NCBI GenBank assembly: GCA_036381715.1
Contig: DASVCH010000069.1
Coordinates: 2,208-66,207, forward strand
Reading direction: 5' to 3'
DNA length: 64,000 bases
From: Gammaproteobacteria bacterium
Lineage (GTDB): Bacteria > Pseudomonadota > Gammaproteobacteria > Natronospirales > JAJUFS01
Each line of letters begins with the position of its first letter. The stretch's first letter is position 1. Of the stretch, positions 8,375 to 17,832 are shown one piece after another. Under the pieces are notes generated by a model. That model saw nothing but the letters and a program-made list of their open reading frames with translations, was not told where the DNA came from and ran no database searches. The position numbers were made by a program, and so were the translations under genes.

Positions 8375-11071
8375 TTATGCCAGCCACGGATGCGGCTTGT
8401 CCGCATCGATGCCGAGCTTCTTCATGGCGTCCTTGACGGTCTTCATTTCGATCGCGCCATCATCCGCCAGCGCCCTGAGCGCGGCGAACGCCACATGCCT
8501 GCGATCGACTTCGAAGAAGCGGCGCAACTGTTCGCGCGAATCCGAGCGACCGAAACCGTCCGTGCCCAGTGCGACGTAGCGGCGCGGCACCCAGGGCCGG
8601 ATCTTGTCCGCGAAGGCGCGCATGTAATCGCTCGCGGCGATGACGGGGCCTTCAGTCTTCTCGAGCTGTTGCGTGACCCAGGGCAGTTTCGGTTTCTTGT
8701 CGGGGTTCAGCAGGTTCCAGCGGTCCGCGTTCATGCCGTCGCGGCGCAGCTCCGTGAAACTGGTCGCGCTCCACACGTCGGCGGCAATGCCGAAATCCTT
8801 CTCGAGGATTTCGGCCGCGGCCTCGACCTCGCGAAGAATGGTGCCGGAACCCAGCAGCTGCACGCGCGCCTTTGCCTTCTTCTGCGCGGAAGTCCTCAAG
8901 GAATACATGCCCTTGAGAATGCCTTCGTCGGCACCTTCCGGTTTCGCCGGATGACGGTAGTTCTCGTTCATCAGCGTGATGTAATAGAAGACGTCTTCGT
9001 GGTCTTCGTACATCCGCTTCAGGCCGTCGCGCAGGATCACGGCAAGCTCGTAGGAATACGTCGGATCGTAGGCGACGCAATTCGGAATCGTCGCGGCGAG
9101 AATGTGGCTGTGGCCGTCCTCGTGCTGCAGGCCTTCGCCATTCAGCGTGGTCCGTCCCGCCGTCGCGCCCAGCAGGAAGCCGCGCGCGCGCATGTCGCCG
9201 GCCGCCCAGGCGAGATCTCCTATGCGCTGGAAGCCGAACATGGAATAGAAGATATAGAAAGGAATCGTCGTGACACCGTGGTTCGCGTACGACGTCGCCG
9301 CCGCGATCCAGGACGACATCGAACCCGCCTCGGTGATGCCCTCTTCCAGCATCTGGCCCTGCTTGTCCTCGCGGTAGAACATCAGCTGGTCCGCGTCCTG
9401 CGGTTCGTAGAGCTGGCCTTTCGAGGAATAGATGCCGTACTGGCGGAACAGGCTTTCCATGCCGAAGGTGCGCGCCTCGTCCGGCACGATCGGCACGATG
9501 CGCTTGCCGATGTCCTTGTTCCTGAGCAGCGCGGTCAGCATGCGCACGAAGGCCATGGTCGTGGAGATTTCGCGCTCGCCCGTGTCTTCGAGCTGCTGTT
9601 TGAACGCATCGAGTCCGGGAATGGCGAGCTTTTCGTTGTTCGGCAGGCGCTTCGGCAGGTAGCCGCCCAGCTTCTCGCGGTGCTCCTGCAGGTACTGGTA
9701 CTCGCGGCTGTCCTTCTCGAAGGTCAGGAACGGCACCTTGCCGGAATCGATGTCCTCGTCGGAGACCGGCAGGTTGAAACGATCGCGCACCCACTTGAGA
9801 TCGTCGGCGTCGAGTTTCTTCTTCTGGTGCGCGCCCATCGTGCCCTGCACGGACGCGCCAAGGCCGAAACCTTTCACGGTCTTGGCGAGAATCACCGTCG
9901 GCTGGCCGTGGTTGCCGTTCACCGCGCGGTCGTACGCCGCATAGACCTTGCGCGCATCGTTGCCGCCGCGGTTGAGTTTCCAGATTTCCTCGTCGGACAT
10001 GTGCGCGACCATTTCCTTGAGTTCCGGGTAACGGCCGAAGAAATGTTCGCGCACGTACGCGCCGTCGCGCGACTTGAAGGTCTGGTATTCGCCATCGACG
10101 CATTCTTCCATCACGCGGCGCAGCAGGCCTTTCCGGTCCTGCGCCAGCAGCGGATCCCAGCGCGAACCCCACAGCACCTTGAGCACGTGCCAGCCCGTGC
10201 CGCGGAAGTCGGATTCCAGTTCCTGGATGACCTTGCCGTTGCCGCGCACCGGGCCGTCGAGCCGCTGCAGGTTGCAGTTGATGACGAACACGAGGTTGTC
10301 GAGTTTCTCGCGCACGGCGAGCGAGATGGCGCCGCGCGATTCCGGTTCGTCCATTTCGCCGTCGCCGAGGAAGGCCCAGACCTTGCGGCTGTTCGGTTCT
10401 ATCAAGCCACGCGCTTCAAGATATTTCATGAAGCGTGCGTGGTAGATCGCCATGATCGGGCCGAGGCCCATGGAGACGGTCGGGAACTGCCAGTATTCCG
10501 GCATCAGCCAGGGATGCGGGTACGACGAGAGTCCCTTGCCATCGACTTCCTCGCGGAAGTTGTTCAGCTGCTCTTCCGTCAGGCGGCCTTCCAGGAAGGA
10601 GCGCGCGTAGATGCCCGGCGAGGAATGACCCTGGATGTAGATGAGATCGCCGCGATTTTCTGCCGACGCGCCCTTCCAGAAATGATTGAAGCCGACTTCA
10701 TACAACTGCGCGGCGGAGGCGTAGGTCGCGATGTGTCCGCCGAGTTCCGTGCCCTTGCGGTTCGCGTTGACCACCATGGCCACCGAATTCCAGCGGATGT
10801 ACGCCTCGATGCGCTTCTCGATCTCGCGATCGCCGGGGTATTGCGGCTCCTGGTGATTCGGGATCGTGTTGAGGTACGCGGTTTCGGCGGAATACGGCAG
10901 GTAGGCGCCCTGGCGGCGCGCATGATCGACAAGCTGCTCAAGGAGAAAATGCGCGCGCTCCGCGCCGTGCACGCTCAGGGTCGCATCGAGCGACTCCAGC
11001 CATTCCTGCGTCTCCTGGGGGTCCACGTCGTGACGTTCGTGCGCGTCCTGGACGTTTTTCTTGTCGGCCAT
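8375..11071 (-). CDS. aceE: Pyruvate dehydrogenase E1 component (homodimeric type)
   Basis: 898 aa. The opening MADKKNVQDAHERHDVDPQETQEWLESL and the overall length match AceE. It sits upstream of aceF. Confidence 0.95.
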   Translation of the reverse strand: MADKKNVQDAHERHDVDPQETQEWLESLDATLSVHGAERAHFLLEQLVDHARRQGAYLPYSAETAYLNTIPNHQEPQYPGDREIEKRIEAYIRWNSVAMVVNANRKGTELGGHIATYASAAQLYEVGFNHFWKGASAENRGDLIYIQGHSSPGIYARSFLEGRLTEEQLNNFREEVDGKGLSSYPHPWLMPEYWQFPTVSMGLGPIMAIYHARFMKYLEARGLIEPNSRKVWAFLGDGEMDEPESRGAISLAVREKLDNLVFVINCNLQRLDGPVRGNGKVIQELESDFRGTGWHVLKVLWGSRWDPLLAQDRKGLLRRVMEECVDGEYQTFKSRDGAYVREHFFGRYPELKEMVAHMSDEEIWKLNRGGNDARKVYAAYDRAVNGNHGQPTVILAKTVKGFGLGASVQGTMGAHQKKKLDADDLKWVRDRFNLPVSDEDIDSGKVPFLTFEKDSREYQYLQEHREKLGGYLPKRLPNNEKLAIPGLDAFKQQLEDTGEREISTTMAFVRMLTALLRNKDIGKRIVPIVPDEARTFGMESLFRQYGIYSSKGQLYEPQDADQLMFYREDKQGQMLEEGITEAGSMSSWIAAATSYANHGVTTIPFYIFYSMFGFQRIGDLAWAAGDMRARGFLLGATAGRTTLNGEGLQHEDGHSHILAATIPNCVAYDPTYSYELAVILRDGLKRMYEDHEDVFYYITLMNENYRHPAKPEGADEGILKGMYSLRTSAQKKAKARVQLLGSGTILREVEAAAEILEKDFGIAADVWSATSFTELRRDGMNADRWNLLNPDKKPKLPWVTQQLEKTEGPVIAASDYMRAFADKIRPWVPRRYVALGTDGFGRSDSREQLRRFFEVDRRHVAFAALRALADDGAIEMKTVKDAMKKLGIDADKPHPWLA

Positions 11072-11103
11072 GCGTAATCCTTGCGAGAGATGCTTTCATA
11101 ACA

Positions 11104-11126
11104 ATGCCGACGTCAGCCGTCGGCAT
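11104..11126. promoter_or_regulatory. 9-5-9 palindrome ATGCCGACG-TCAGC-CGTCGGCAT in the aceE / aminopeptidase divergent region
   Basis: Read directly. No known regulator assigned; it does not match the PdhR box. Confidence 0.3.
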
Positions 11127-11235
11127 GTGATCGGATTATTCTTTCGGGGGCCGGACGGCCCCGGAAGGTGTCGTTTGAACCTGATATGATCGGCGTTTGC
11201 ACACTACCGGTCAAGGCAACAGGAGTCTCTCCTTC

Positions 11236-12708
11236 ATGTTCCCCGCCCTCCCCGCGCCCGCAAAAGTCAAGTTGGTTCAGCAACCCGGTCCACTTTCCGG
11301 CATCCCGGCGTCGCCGGATCACCTGCTGGTCGTCGCGACCAGGGGCGATGCGAAAGCCTTCGACAACGCCGCCGCATTCGCCGGACTCGCAAAGCGGGCG
11401 AAGGGCCGCGAGAAGGAAACGGTCACACTTCCCGCCGGCGAACAATTCATCACCATCGGCCGGCTCGCCGCCGACGCCACGCCATTCGAAATGCTGGAAG
11501 CGGCGCGCAAGTGGGTTGCCGCGATTCGTGGTCACAAGGCGAAAACCCTCGGGCTCGCGTTTGCCGGCATCGACGGCGACCGGGCCGGCGCCATCGCCGA
11601 GGCGGTGCTTGCCGCGCTGCTGGCGGCGGAATTCGAGATGCCGAAAATTGCCGCGAAAAAGGCAGCCGCGAAACCCGTCGTTCGCGAGCTGCACGTTTTC
11701 GGACTCGGCGAAAAACGCGATTTTGCGCGCACGCTGGCTGCCGCCGAAGGCACCAACCTCGCGCGCTGGTTCGCGACCCTGCCCGGCAATTACCTCACGC
11801 CCGGCAAATACCGGAAATATGTCGAAACACTGGCGAAGGAATTCGGCTGGGACGCGGAATTCCTCGATGAGGCCGCGCTGAAGAAGAGAAAGGCCGGCGC
11901 ATTCCTCGCCGTCGTCCAGGGCAGCGCGGATCGCGATGCCGGCATCCTGCACCTGCGCTACACGCCGGCGAAAGCGAAGAAGAACGCGGAAAAAATCGCG
12001 CTCGTCGGCAAGGGCATCTGCTTCGACACCGGCGGCAACAATCTCAAGACCGGCAAGAGCATGTTCGGCATGCACGGCGATATGCAGGGCTCGGCCGTCG
12101 CACTCGGCACGTTGGTCGCGCTCACGCGCATGAAGGCCGGTTTCCCGGTCGATTGCTGGATGGCGCTGGCGCAGAATCACATCGGCCCGAAGGCCTACAA
12201 GATGAACGACGTCGTGACGGCGTCGGACGGAACGACAATAGAAATCCTGCACACCGATGCCGAAGGCCGCATGGTGCTCGCCGACACGCTCGCCATTGCC
12301 AGCGAGTCAAGGCCGTCCTTCATCATGGATTTCGCCACGCTCACCGGCACCTGCGTGTATTCGCTCGGCACGCGCTACTCGGGCGCGTTCACGAACCGTG
12401 AGGATCTCGCGCAGAAACTGATCGACGCCGGCAGGCGCTCCGGCGAACGCGTCTGGCCGTTCCCGCAGGACCGCGATTACGACGAGCTGCTGGAAAGCAA
12501 GGTCGCGGACGTGAAGCAATGCCTGATCGAAGGCGAAGCGGACCACATTCTCGCCGGACGGTTCCTCAACCGTTTCGTCAAGCACGACACGCCGTGGGTG
12601 CACGTCGACCTGTCGGCATCCGAGGCAAAGGGCGGGCTCGCGCACGTGCCGTCGGATTTCACGGGCTTCGGCGTGCGTTTCGCGACACACTACCTGCTCG
12701 ACAGGTAA
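11236..12708 (+). CDS. M17 leucyl-aminopeptidase family protein
   Basis: ORF 11197..12708 trimmed to the ATG at 11236 (AGGAG 11 nt upstream). Motifs VGKGICFDTGGNNLK and HTDAEGRMVLADTL. Confidence 0.85.
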   Translation: MFPALPAPAKVKLVQQPGPLSGIPASPDHLLVVATRGDAKAFDNAAAFAGLAKRAKGREKETVTLPAGEQFITIGRLAADATPFEMLEAARKWVAAIRGHKAKTLGLAFAGIDGDRAGAIAEAVLAALLAAEFEMPKIAAKKAAAKPVVRELHVFGLGEKRDFARTLAAAEGTNLARWFATLPGNYLTPGKYRKYVETLAKEFGWDAEFLDEAALKKRKAGAFLAVVQGSADRDAGILHLRYTPAKAKKNAEKIALVGKGICFDTGGNNLKTGKSMFGMHGDMQGSAVALGTLVALTRMKAGFPVDCWMALAQNHIGPKAYKMNDVVTASDGTTIEILHTDAEGRMVLADTLAIASESRPSFIMDFATLTGTCVYSLGTRYSGAFTNREDLAQKLIDAGRRSGERVWPFPQDRDYDELLESKVADVKQCLIEGEADHILAGRFLNRFVKHDTPWVHVDLSASEAKGGLAHVPSDFTGFGVRFATHYLLDR

Positions 12709-12740
12709 ACCGCGGTCGCCCGCGGGCGGCCGCATCCCGC

Positions 12741-13157
12741 TCAGTGCGCCATGGTTTCAAGCTCGGCGCGCGTTACGCGTCCCGGCGTGATCCGGACATG
12801 CACGACATCGCCATCGCCGGTGGTGAACATGGTTTCCGCCTGCCGCTCCCAGGACATCATCCAGCGATGCGTGCGGACATGCGCGAGCGCATCTTCCGGA
12901 CCGAAATCCATATCGACGAAAACCTCGGTTCCGTCCTCGCCGGCATGCGTGGAATGGAATACCAGCTTCAATTTCCGCTCGCCAGGCAGGCCTTGTATGA
13001 CCGAGCCGTCACTGGCGGGTTCAAGTGCGATACGCGGGTTTGAAAGTTCCTCGCCGTTCACGTGAACGACAACATCCAGCAGGATCAGCTCGTCATCCGC
13101 GCCGGACGCGAGAGGCGTCAGGACCAGCGCCGCAATCATCAGCAAGCCTTTCGACAT
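12741..13157 (-). CDS. Small exported hypothetical protein
   Basis: ORF 12741..13199. The ATG at 13157 has a GGAGA 7 nt upstream. Signal peptide MSKGLLMIAALVLTPLASG. Lies directly downstream of the ToxR-like regulator gene. Confidence 0.55.
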   Translation of the reverse strand: MSKGLLMIAALVLTPLASGADDELILLDVVVHVNGEELSNPRIALEPASDGSVIQGLPGERKLKLVFHSTHAGEDGTEVFVDMDFGPEDALAHVRTHRWMMSWERQAETMFTTGDGDVVHVRITPGRVTRAELETMAH

Positions 13158-13242
13158 TTTCATTCTCCGTTTCGACGTCGCGCTTTGCGACGGCGCCATC
13201 CTGGCCGCTGCGGCGCGCGCGGTCCTGCGGATTCCCTGCGAT

Positions 13243-14010
13243 TTATCTTGGTTTTTCCTGCAGGTCGGCTTGCGAAAGGCGCGAGGCGGTAAAACGGATG
13301 TCGTACGCGGAACCCGGCGCTTCGCCGCGCAGCACCAGGCGGCTTTCCGTGTCGAGACCGATGGCCTGGTCGTAACCGACCCAGTGCGCGCCGCTGCTCG
13401 CCTCGACGCGCAAACGCAACAGCCCGTCCAGGGTCAGCGCGGGCACGAAACGTATGGCGAGCGGACGCTCGCCCGACACGCGGATTTCGCCCGGACGGTT
13501 GTCCTTGAGCCAGATGACGGGATTCGACGTTTCGCCGTCCGGCCGGATGATGTGGAAGGCAAGCTGCACGCCGTCCAGTGTCGCCAATCGCTGCCCGGAA
13601 TCCTCCGGCAGGAACAGCGTGATCGCTGCAATCAGCAGCAAGGCAACGACGCCGCCCGCAGCAAGCCTGGCGCGTTTCCGGCGGCAAACCGAATCGACAA
13701 CAAGCCGCGCCACCGGGTGCTGCAGGACATAACCCCGCTTGCTGCGCGTCTCGATGACCACGTCCGTGACGCCGGCATCCGCGAGCGCCCGCCGCAGGCG
13801 GCTGATCACGCCCGTCAGCGTCGCGTCGGATACCACGCGCCCGGTCCAGGCACGATCAAGCAGCTCGTCGCGCGACCAGACGCGGTCCGGTTCGCCGGCG
13901 AGCAGTTCCAGCACCGTCACCGCCTGCGGTTCGAGCCGCTGGCAGCCGGCGGGGCCCGCGATTTCGTTCAATTCGGCGTGGATTTCGAGTTGTCCGAGTC
14001 GTATCGGCAT
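13243..14010 (-). CDS. Membrane-anchored winged-helix (OmpR/PhoB-type, ToxR/CadC-like) transcriptional regulator
   Basis: 255 aa. N-terminal Trans_reg_C pattern (LEPQAVTVLELLA...SRDELLDRAWTGRVVSDATLTGVISRLRRAL...IETRSKRGY). One TM helix (GGVVALLLIAAITLFL), then a roughly 110-aa extracytoplasmic tail. No receiver domain. Confidence 0.7.
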   Translation of the reverse strand: MPIRLGQLEIHAELNEIAGPAGCQRLEPQAVTVLELLAGEPDRVWSRDELLDRAWTGRVVSDATLTGVISRLRRALADAGVTDVVIETRSKRGYVLQHPVARLVVDSVCRRKRARLAAGGVVALLLIAAITLFLPEDSGQRLATLDGVQLAFHIIRPDGETSNPVIWLKDNRPGEIRVSGERPLAIRFVPALTLDGLLRLRVEASSGAHWVGYDQAIGLDTESRLVLRGEAPGSAYDIRFTASRLSQADLQEKPR

Positions 14011-14096
14011 TACTGGGAAGTCTCAATCCTTTAGAATGTGCCGTTCCGAATGACCGGCAAACTATAAACGCCGCCTCCGGCTATCGAAAGGCTCGA

Positions 14097-15128
14097 ATGG
14101 AAACGCTCACCCTCACCCGCCCCGACGACTGGCACCTTCACCTGCGCGACGGCGCGCAGATGGCCGCCGTGCTGCCATTCACCGCGAAGCAGTTCGCGCG
14201 CGCGCTGGTGATGCCGAACCTGCGCCCGCCCGTGACGACAACCGAACAGGCGCTGGAATATCGCGGGCGAATTCTCGCGGCGCTGCCGGAAGGCGCGGCG
14301 TTCGATCCGCGGATGGCGCTGTATCTCACCGACAACACGCAACCGGAAGAAATCGAACGCGCGAAGGCATCCGGCGCCGTGCTCGCCGTGAAACTGTACC
14401 CGGCCGGCGCGACGACCAACTCGGACGCGGGCGTGACGGATATTGCGAACACGTACGCGACGCTGGAAAAAATGGCGGAGCTTGGCATGCCGCTTTGCGT
14501 GCACGGCGAGGTGACGCGGGAAGCCGTCGATGTCTTCGATCGCGAAGCGGTGTTCATCGACGAAGTGCTTGCGCCGCTGCACGCGCGCCTGCCGGAACTG
14601 AAGATCGTCTTCGAGCACATCACGACCGCAAGCGCGGCGGATTTCGTGCGCGACGCCGGCAGCAAGGTCGCGGCCACCATCACGCCGCAGCACCTGCTGC
14701 ACAATCGCAACGCGATCTTCCAGGGCGGCATACGGCCGCACTACTACTGCCTGCCGGTGCTGAAGACCGAACCGGACCGGGAAGCCTTGATCGCGGCCGC
14801 CACCGGCGGCAATCCGAAATTCTTTCTCGGCACCGACAGCGCGCCGCACGCGCGGCACGCGAAGGAAACCGGCTGCGGCTGCGCGGGCTGTTTCACGGCG
14901 CATGCAGCGCTGGAACTTTATGCCGAAGCCTTCGACACCGCGAACGCGCTCGACCGGCTCGAGGCGTTCGCCAGCCACTACGGCGCGGATTTCTACGGCC
15001 TGCCGCGCAACACGGGAACCGTGACCTTGCGCCGTGAAGCGTGGACGCCGCCCTCGCGCATGCCGTTTGCGGACGCCGAGATCGTGCCGTTCCGCGCGGA
15101 CGAAACCGTCGCCTGGCGCTGCTGCTGA
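14097..15128 (+). CDS. pyrC: Dihydroorotase (class II)
   Basis: 343 aa. The opening LTRPDDWHLHLRDG...VMPNLRPPV is typical of PyrC. Confidence 0.9.
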   Translation: METLTLTRPDDWHLHLRDGAQMAAVLPFTAKQFARALVMPNLRPPVTTTEQALEYRGRILAALPEGAAFDPRMALYLTDNTQPEEIERAKASGAVLAVKLYPAGATTNSDAGVTDIANTYATLEKMAELGMPLCVHGEVTREAVDVFDREAVFIDEVLAPLHARLPELKIVFEHITTASAADFVRDAGSKVAATITPQHLLHNRNAIFQGGIRPHYYCLPVLKTEPDREALIAAATGGNPKFFLGTDSAPHARHAKETGCGCAGCFTAHAALELYAEAFDTANALDRLEAFASHYGADFYGLPRNTGTVTLRREAWTPPSRMPFADAEIVPFRADETVAWRCC

Positions 15129-15142
15129 ATCACTGGAGCGAA

Positions 15143-15805
15143 ATGAACAACCCGAACGCCATTGCCGAGGAACAGGCACGCATGATGTCCAGCCGCTTTC
15201 GCGGCTTCCTGCCCGTCGTCGTGGACATCGAAACCGGCGGCTTCAACTCGAGCACCGATGCCGTGCTGGAAATCGCCGCCGTGCTGCTGCGCTTCGACGA
15301 GAACGGCGATCTTCACAGGCATTCCTCGCACTGGTATCACGTCGCGCCCTTCGAGGGCGCGAACATCGAGCAGGCATCGCTGGACATCACCGGCATCGAT
15401 CCGGATCACCCGCTGCGCCCCTCGCTGCCGGAACGCGAAGCCCTGCGCCGCCTGTTTCGCGAAGTGCGCACCGAAGTGAAGGCACAGCTTTGCAATCGTG
15501 CGGTGCTGGTCGGTCACAATGCATGGTTCGATCTCAGTTTCCTGAACGCCGCGATCCAGCGCTCGGAAATCAAGCGCAATCCGTTTCATCCGTTTTCGAG
15601 TTTCGACACGGCAACGCTCGGCGGCGTCGCGTTCGGACAGACGGTGCTCGCGCGCGCCGTCGAAGCGGCGGATCTCGGCTGGGACGGCAACGAAGCGCAT
15701 TCCGCGGTTTACGACGCGGAGAAGACCGCCGACCTTTTCTGCGGCATCGTCAATCGCTTCAAGCCGATGTACGAAAACAGCCTGCGCGAACGCCAGTCGC
15801 TGTGA
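15143..15805 (+). CDS. rnt: Ribonuclease T
   Basis: ATG at 15143 (GGAG RBS) inside ORF 15041..15805. Motifs RFRGFLPVVVDIETGGFN and HSAVYDAEKTADLF (DEDDh exonuclease). Confidence 0.9.
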   Translation: MNNPNAIAEEQARMMSSRFRGFLPVVVDIETGGFNSSTDAVLEIAAVLLRFDENGDLHRHSSHWYHVAPFEGANIEQASLDITGIDPDHPLRPSLPEREALRRLFREVRTEVKAQLCNRAVLVGHNAWFDLSFLNAAIQRSEIKRNPFHPFSSFDTATLGGVAFGQTVLARAVEAADLGWDGNEAHSAVYDAEKTADLFCGIVNRFKPMYENSLRERQSL

Positions 15806-16917
15806 TGCAGGGCCTGCCCGAAAGACTGCAGGACCTGCTTCGCCAGGCGGAAGCCGCGCGCGACGGCTATCTCGGCTACCCCGTCGCGAAGGATTTCGAT
15901 TATTCGGCACTGGCGGATTTTCTCGGCGTCCCGCTGAACAATCTCGGCGACCCGTTTACGGACAGCACCTGGAAGGTCGACAGCCGTCCGATCGAGCGTG
16001 AAGTCGTGGAGTTTTTCGCAAGCCTCATGCGTGCGCCCGAAAACGACTGGTGGGGTTACGTCACGAACGGCGGCAGCGAAGGCAACCTTTACGGCCTTTA
16101 TCTCGCACGCGAGCTGTATCCGCAGGGCGTCGTTTACTTTTCCGAGGAAACGCACTACAGCGTTTCGAAGAATCTCCATCTCCTGAACATGCGGCACATC
16201 ATGATCCGTGCGCAGGCAAGCGGCGAGATCGACTACGACGACCTTCACGAAACGCTGAAGCTGAACCGCGACAAGCCGCCGATCCTGTTCATGAACATCG
16301 GCACGACCATGACCGAGGGCAAGGATGACGTCGCGAAGGTGCGCGGCATGCTGGAGAAGCTCGCGATCCACAACTACTACATCCACAGCGATGCCGCGCT
16401 GTGCGGGCCGATGGCGCCGTTTCTCGATCCGCGTCCCGCCTTCGATTTCGCCGATGGCGCGGATTCCATCGCGATTTCCGGCCACAAGTTCATCGGCTCG
16501 CCGATCCCCTGCGGCGTCGTGCTCGCGCGCAAGCGGCACGTCGATCGCATCGCGCGCTCGATCGCCTACATCGGCTGTCTCGACACGACGGTGACCGGAT
16601 CGCGCAACGGCTTGACGCCCGTCATCTTGTGGGCAGCCATCCAGCGTTTCGGCATTGACGGATTGCGCCTGCGCGTCGATGAAAGCCTTGAACTCGCCGC
16701 GTACGCCGAGAAACGGCTGAAGGAAAACAGCATCCAGGCCTGGCGCAACCCGAACGCAATCACCGTGGTCTTTCCCGCCGTACCCGAAGCGGTGAAGCAA
16801 CGCTGGCAACTCGCCACGGCGCGGGGACGTTCGCACCTCATCACCGTCCCCGGCACGAAACGCGAAACCATCGATCGTTTCGTCGAAGACCTGGTGCGAA
16901 ACGGAGAAGCGGCATGA
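15805..16917 (+). CDS. PLP-dependent group II decarboxylase, histidine-decarboxylase-like
   Basis: ATG at 15805 overlaps the rnt stop (TGATG) inside ORF 15034..16917. The motif SGHKFIGSPIPCGVV contains the PLP lysine as in Gram-negative HDC. TNGGSEGNLYG is also present. Confidence 0.8.
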   Translation: MQGLPERLQDLLRQAEAARDGYLGYPVAKDFDYSALADFLGVPLNNLGDPFTDSTWKVDSRPIEREVVEFFASLMRAPENDWWGYVTNGGSEGNLYGLYLARELYPQGVVYFSEETHYSVSKNLHLLNMRHIMIRAQASGEIDYDDLHETLKLNRDKPPILFMNIGTTMTEGKDDVAKVRGMLEKLAIHNYYIHSDAALCGPMAPFLDPRPAFDFADGADSIAISGHKFIGSPIPCGVVLARKRHVDRIARSIAYIGCLDTTVTGSRNGLTPVILWAAIQRFGIDGLRLRVDESLELAAYAEKRLKENSIQAWRNPNAITVVFPAVPEAVKQRWQLATARGRSHLITVPGTKRETIDRFVEDLVRNGEAA

Positions 16918-17315
16918 AACGCATCATGGTTGTCGTCGCGGACCGGAAAGGACTGATCGCCGATCTCAGCGAACTGCTGGAGCGTCACGGCGTGAACATC
17001 AACGCCATCGATGCCGCCGACGAAAACGGCACCGCATACATCACGCTCGAAGTGGACCGTTACGACGAAACGCTGAACCTGCTGCGGGATTCCGAATACC
17101 AGGCCGTGCCCGAAGAAGTGGTGGTCATCCGCATCGAGGACCGGCCCGGCGGACTGGCGCGCATCGCGCGGCGCCTGGCGGAAAACGACGTCGCGATCCG
17201 CGGCATGACCATGCTGCAGCGGGCGAACGGCTGGTGCGCGGTTGCGGTGGCGACGGATGACAACGGCCGGTGCCGGGAAGTGCTGGCGGATTGCGTGATC
17301 GAGTCGAAGGCCTGA
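16914..17315 (+). CDS. Tandem ACT-domain protein
   Basis: 133 aa. ATGA overlap with the decarboxylase gene. Two ACT-like halves (IMVVVADRKGLIADLSELLERHGVNI; VVIRIEDRPGGLARIARRLAENDVAI). Confidence 0.75.
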   Translation: MKRIMVVVADRKGLIADLSELLERHGVNINAIDAADENGTAYITLEVDRYDETLNLLRDSEYQAVPEEVVVIRIEDRPGGLARIARRLAENDVAIRGMTMLQRANGWCAVAVATDDNGRCREVLADCVIESKA

Positions 17316-17322
17316 AGTGAAG

Positions 17323-17357
17323 GTCGAAGGTCGAAGGTCGAAGGTCGAAAGTCGAAA
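17323..17357. repeat. Purine heptamer arm: GTCGAAG x3, GTCGAAA x2
   Basis: Starts 8 nt after the ACT-gene stop and runs into the terminator hairpin. Confidence 0.85.
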
Positions 17358-17359
17358 GC

Positions 17360-17386
17360 AAAAAGGCCGGCGATGCCGGCTTTTTT
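17360..17386. terminator. Bidirectional intrinsic terminator between the ACT-domain gene and grxD
   Basis: AAAAA-GGCCGGC-GAT-GCCGGC-TTTTTT, flanked by heptamer arms. Confidence 0.65.
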
Positions 17387-17469
17387 CTTTCGCCTTTTCG
17401 CCACAAAAGCGAAAGCAATGGACAGGATTAACAGGATTTCATTTCATCAGGGCGGGCTTTGCCCGCCGC
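17387..17469. repeat. Mosaic module with AATGGACAGGATTAACAGGATTT and a GGCGGGC-TTT-GCCCGCC hairpin
   Basis: Alignable by eye with 41632..41711 and, more loosely, 62948..63036. Confidence 0.7.
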
Positions 17470-17504
17470 CTTTCGCCTTTCGCCTTTCGCCTTTCGCCTT
17501 TCGA
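17470..17504. repeat. Pyrimidine heptamer array: CTTTCGC x4, CTTTCGA x1
   Basis: Ends 2 nt before the grxD stop codon. Reads as GCGAAAG-type purine units in the grxD sense. Confidence 0.85.
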
Positions 17505-17506
17505 CC

Positions 17507-17821
17507 TTACTTGACGGATTCCGCCAGCAGTTTCCTGAGCTCCCCCGACTCGTACATCTCTATCACGATGTCGCTGCCGCCGATGAGTTCGCCGTTCACG
17601 TAAAGCTGCGGAATGGTCGGCCAGTTGGAATACTGCTTGATGCCTTCGCGGATTTCCTGGTCGTCCAGCACATTCACGTAACCGAACGGCGTGCCGCAGG
17701 CGTTCAACGCGGCCACGGCGCGCGCGGAGAATCCGCACTGCGGAAAATCCGGCGTGCCTTTCATGTAAAGCAGGACGGGATTGTCGCCAACCTGCTGCCT
17801 GATGCGTTCCTGTACATTCAT
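17507..17821 (-). CDS. grxD: Monothiol glutaredoxin (Grx4 family)
   Basis: ATG at 17821 (MNVQERI...). CGFS active site (PQCGFS) and the WPTIPQLYV motif. Confidence 0.9.
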   Translation of the reverse strand: MNVQERIRQQVGDNPVLLYMKGTPDFPQCGFSARAVAALNACGTPFGYVNVLDDQEIREGIKQYSNWPTIPQLYVNGELIGGSDIVIEMYESGELRKLLAESVK

Positions 17822-17832
17822 TGCATGACCTC

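Noticed and set aside
12709-12740. GC palindrome (GGTCGCCCG/CGGGCGGCC) between the convergent aminopeptidase and exported-protein genes, considered as a terminator
   Set aside because: No loop and no T-tract. It could be a weak bidirectional stop signal, but the support is too thin to list as a feature.
15034-16917. 627-aa ORF spanning rnt and the decarboxylase; similar 5' extensions of 1167..2240, 45035..46720, 49089..50183 and 53742..55136
   Set aside because: The upstream parts overlap other well-supported genes in different frames and are Arg/Pro-rich. Internal starts with RBS or stop-start overlaps give proteins that align with the expected family N-termini.
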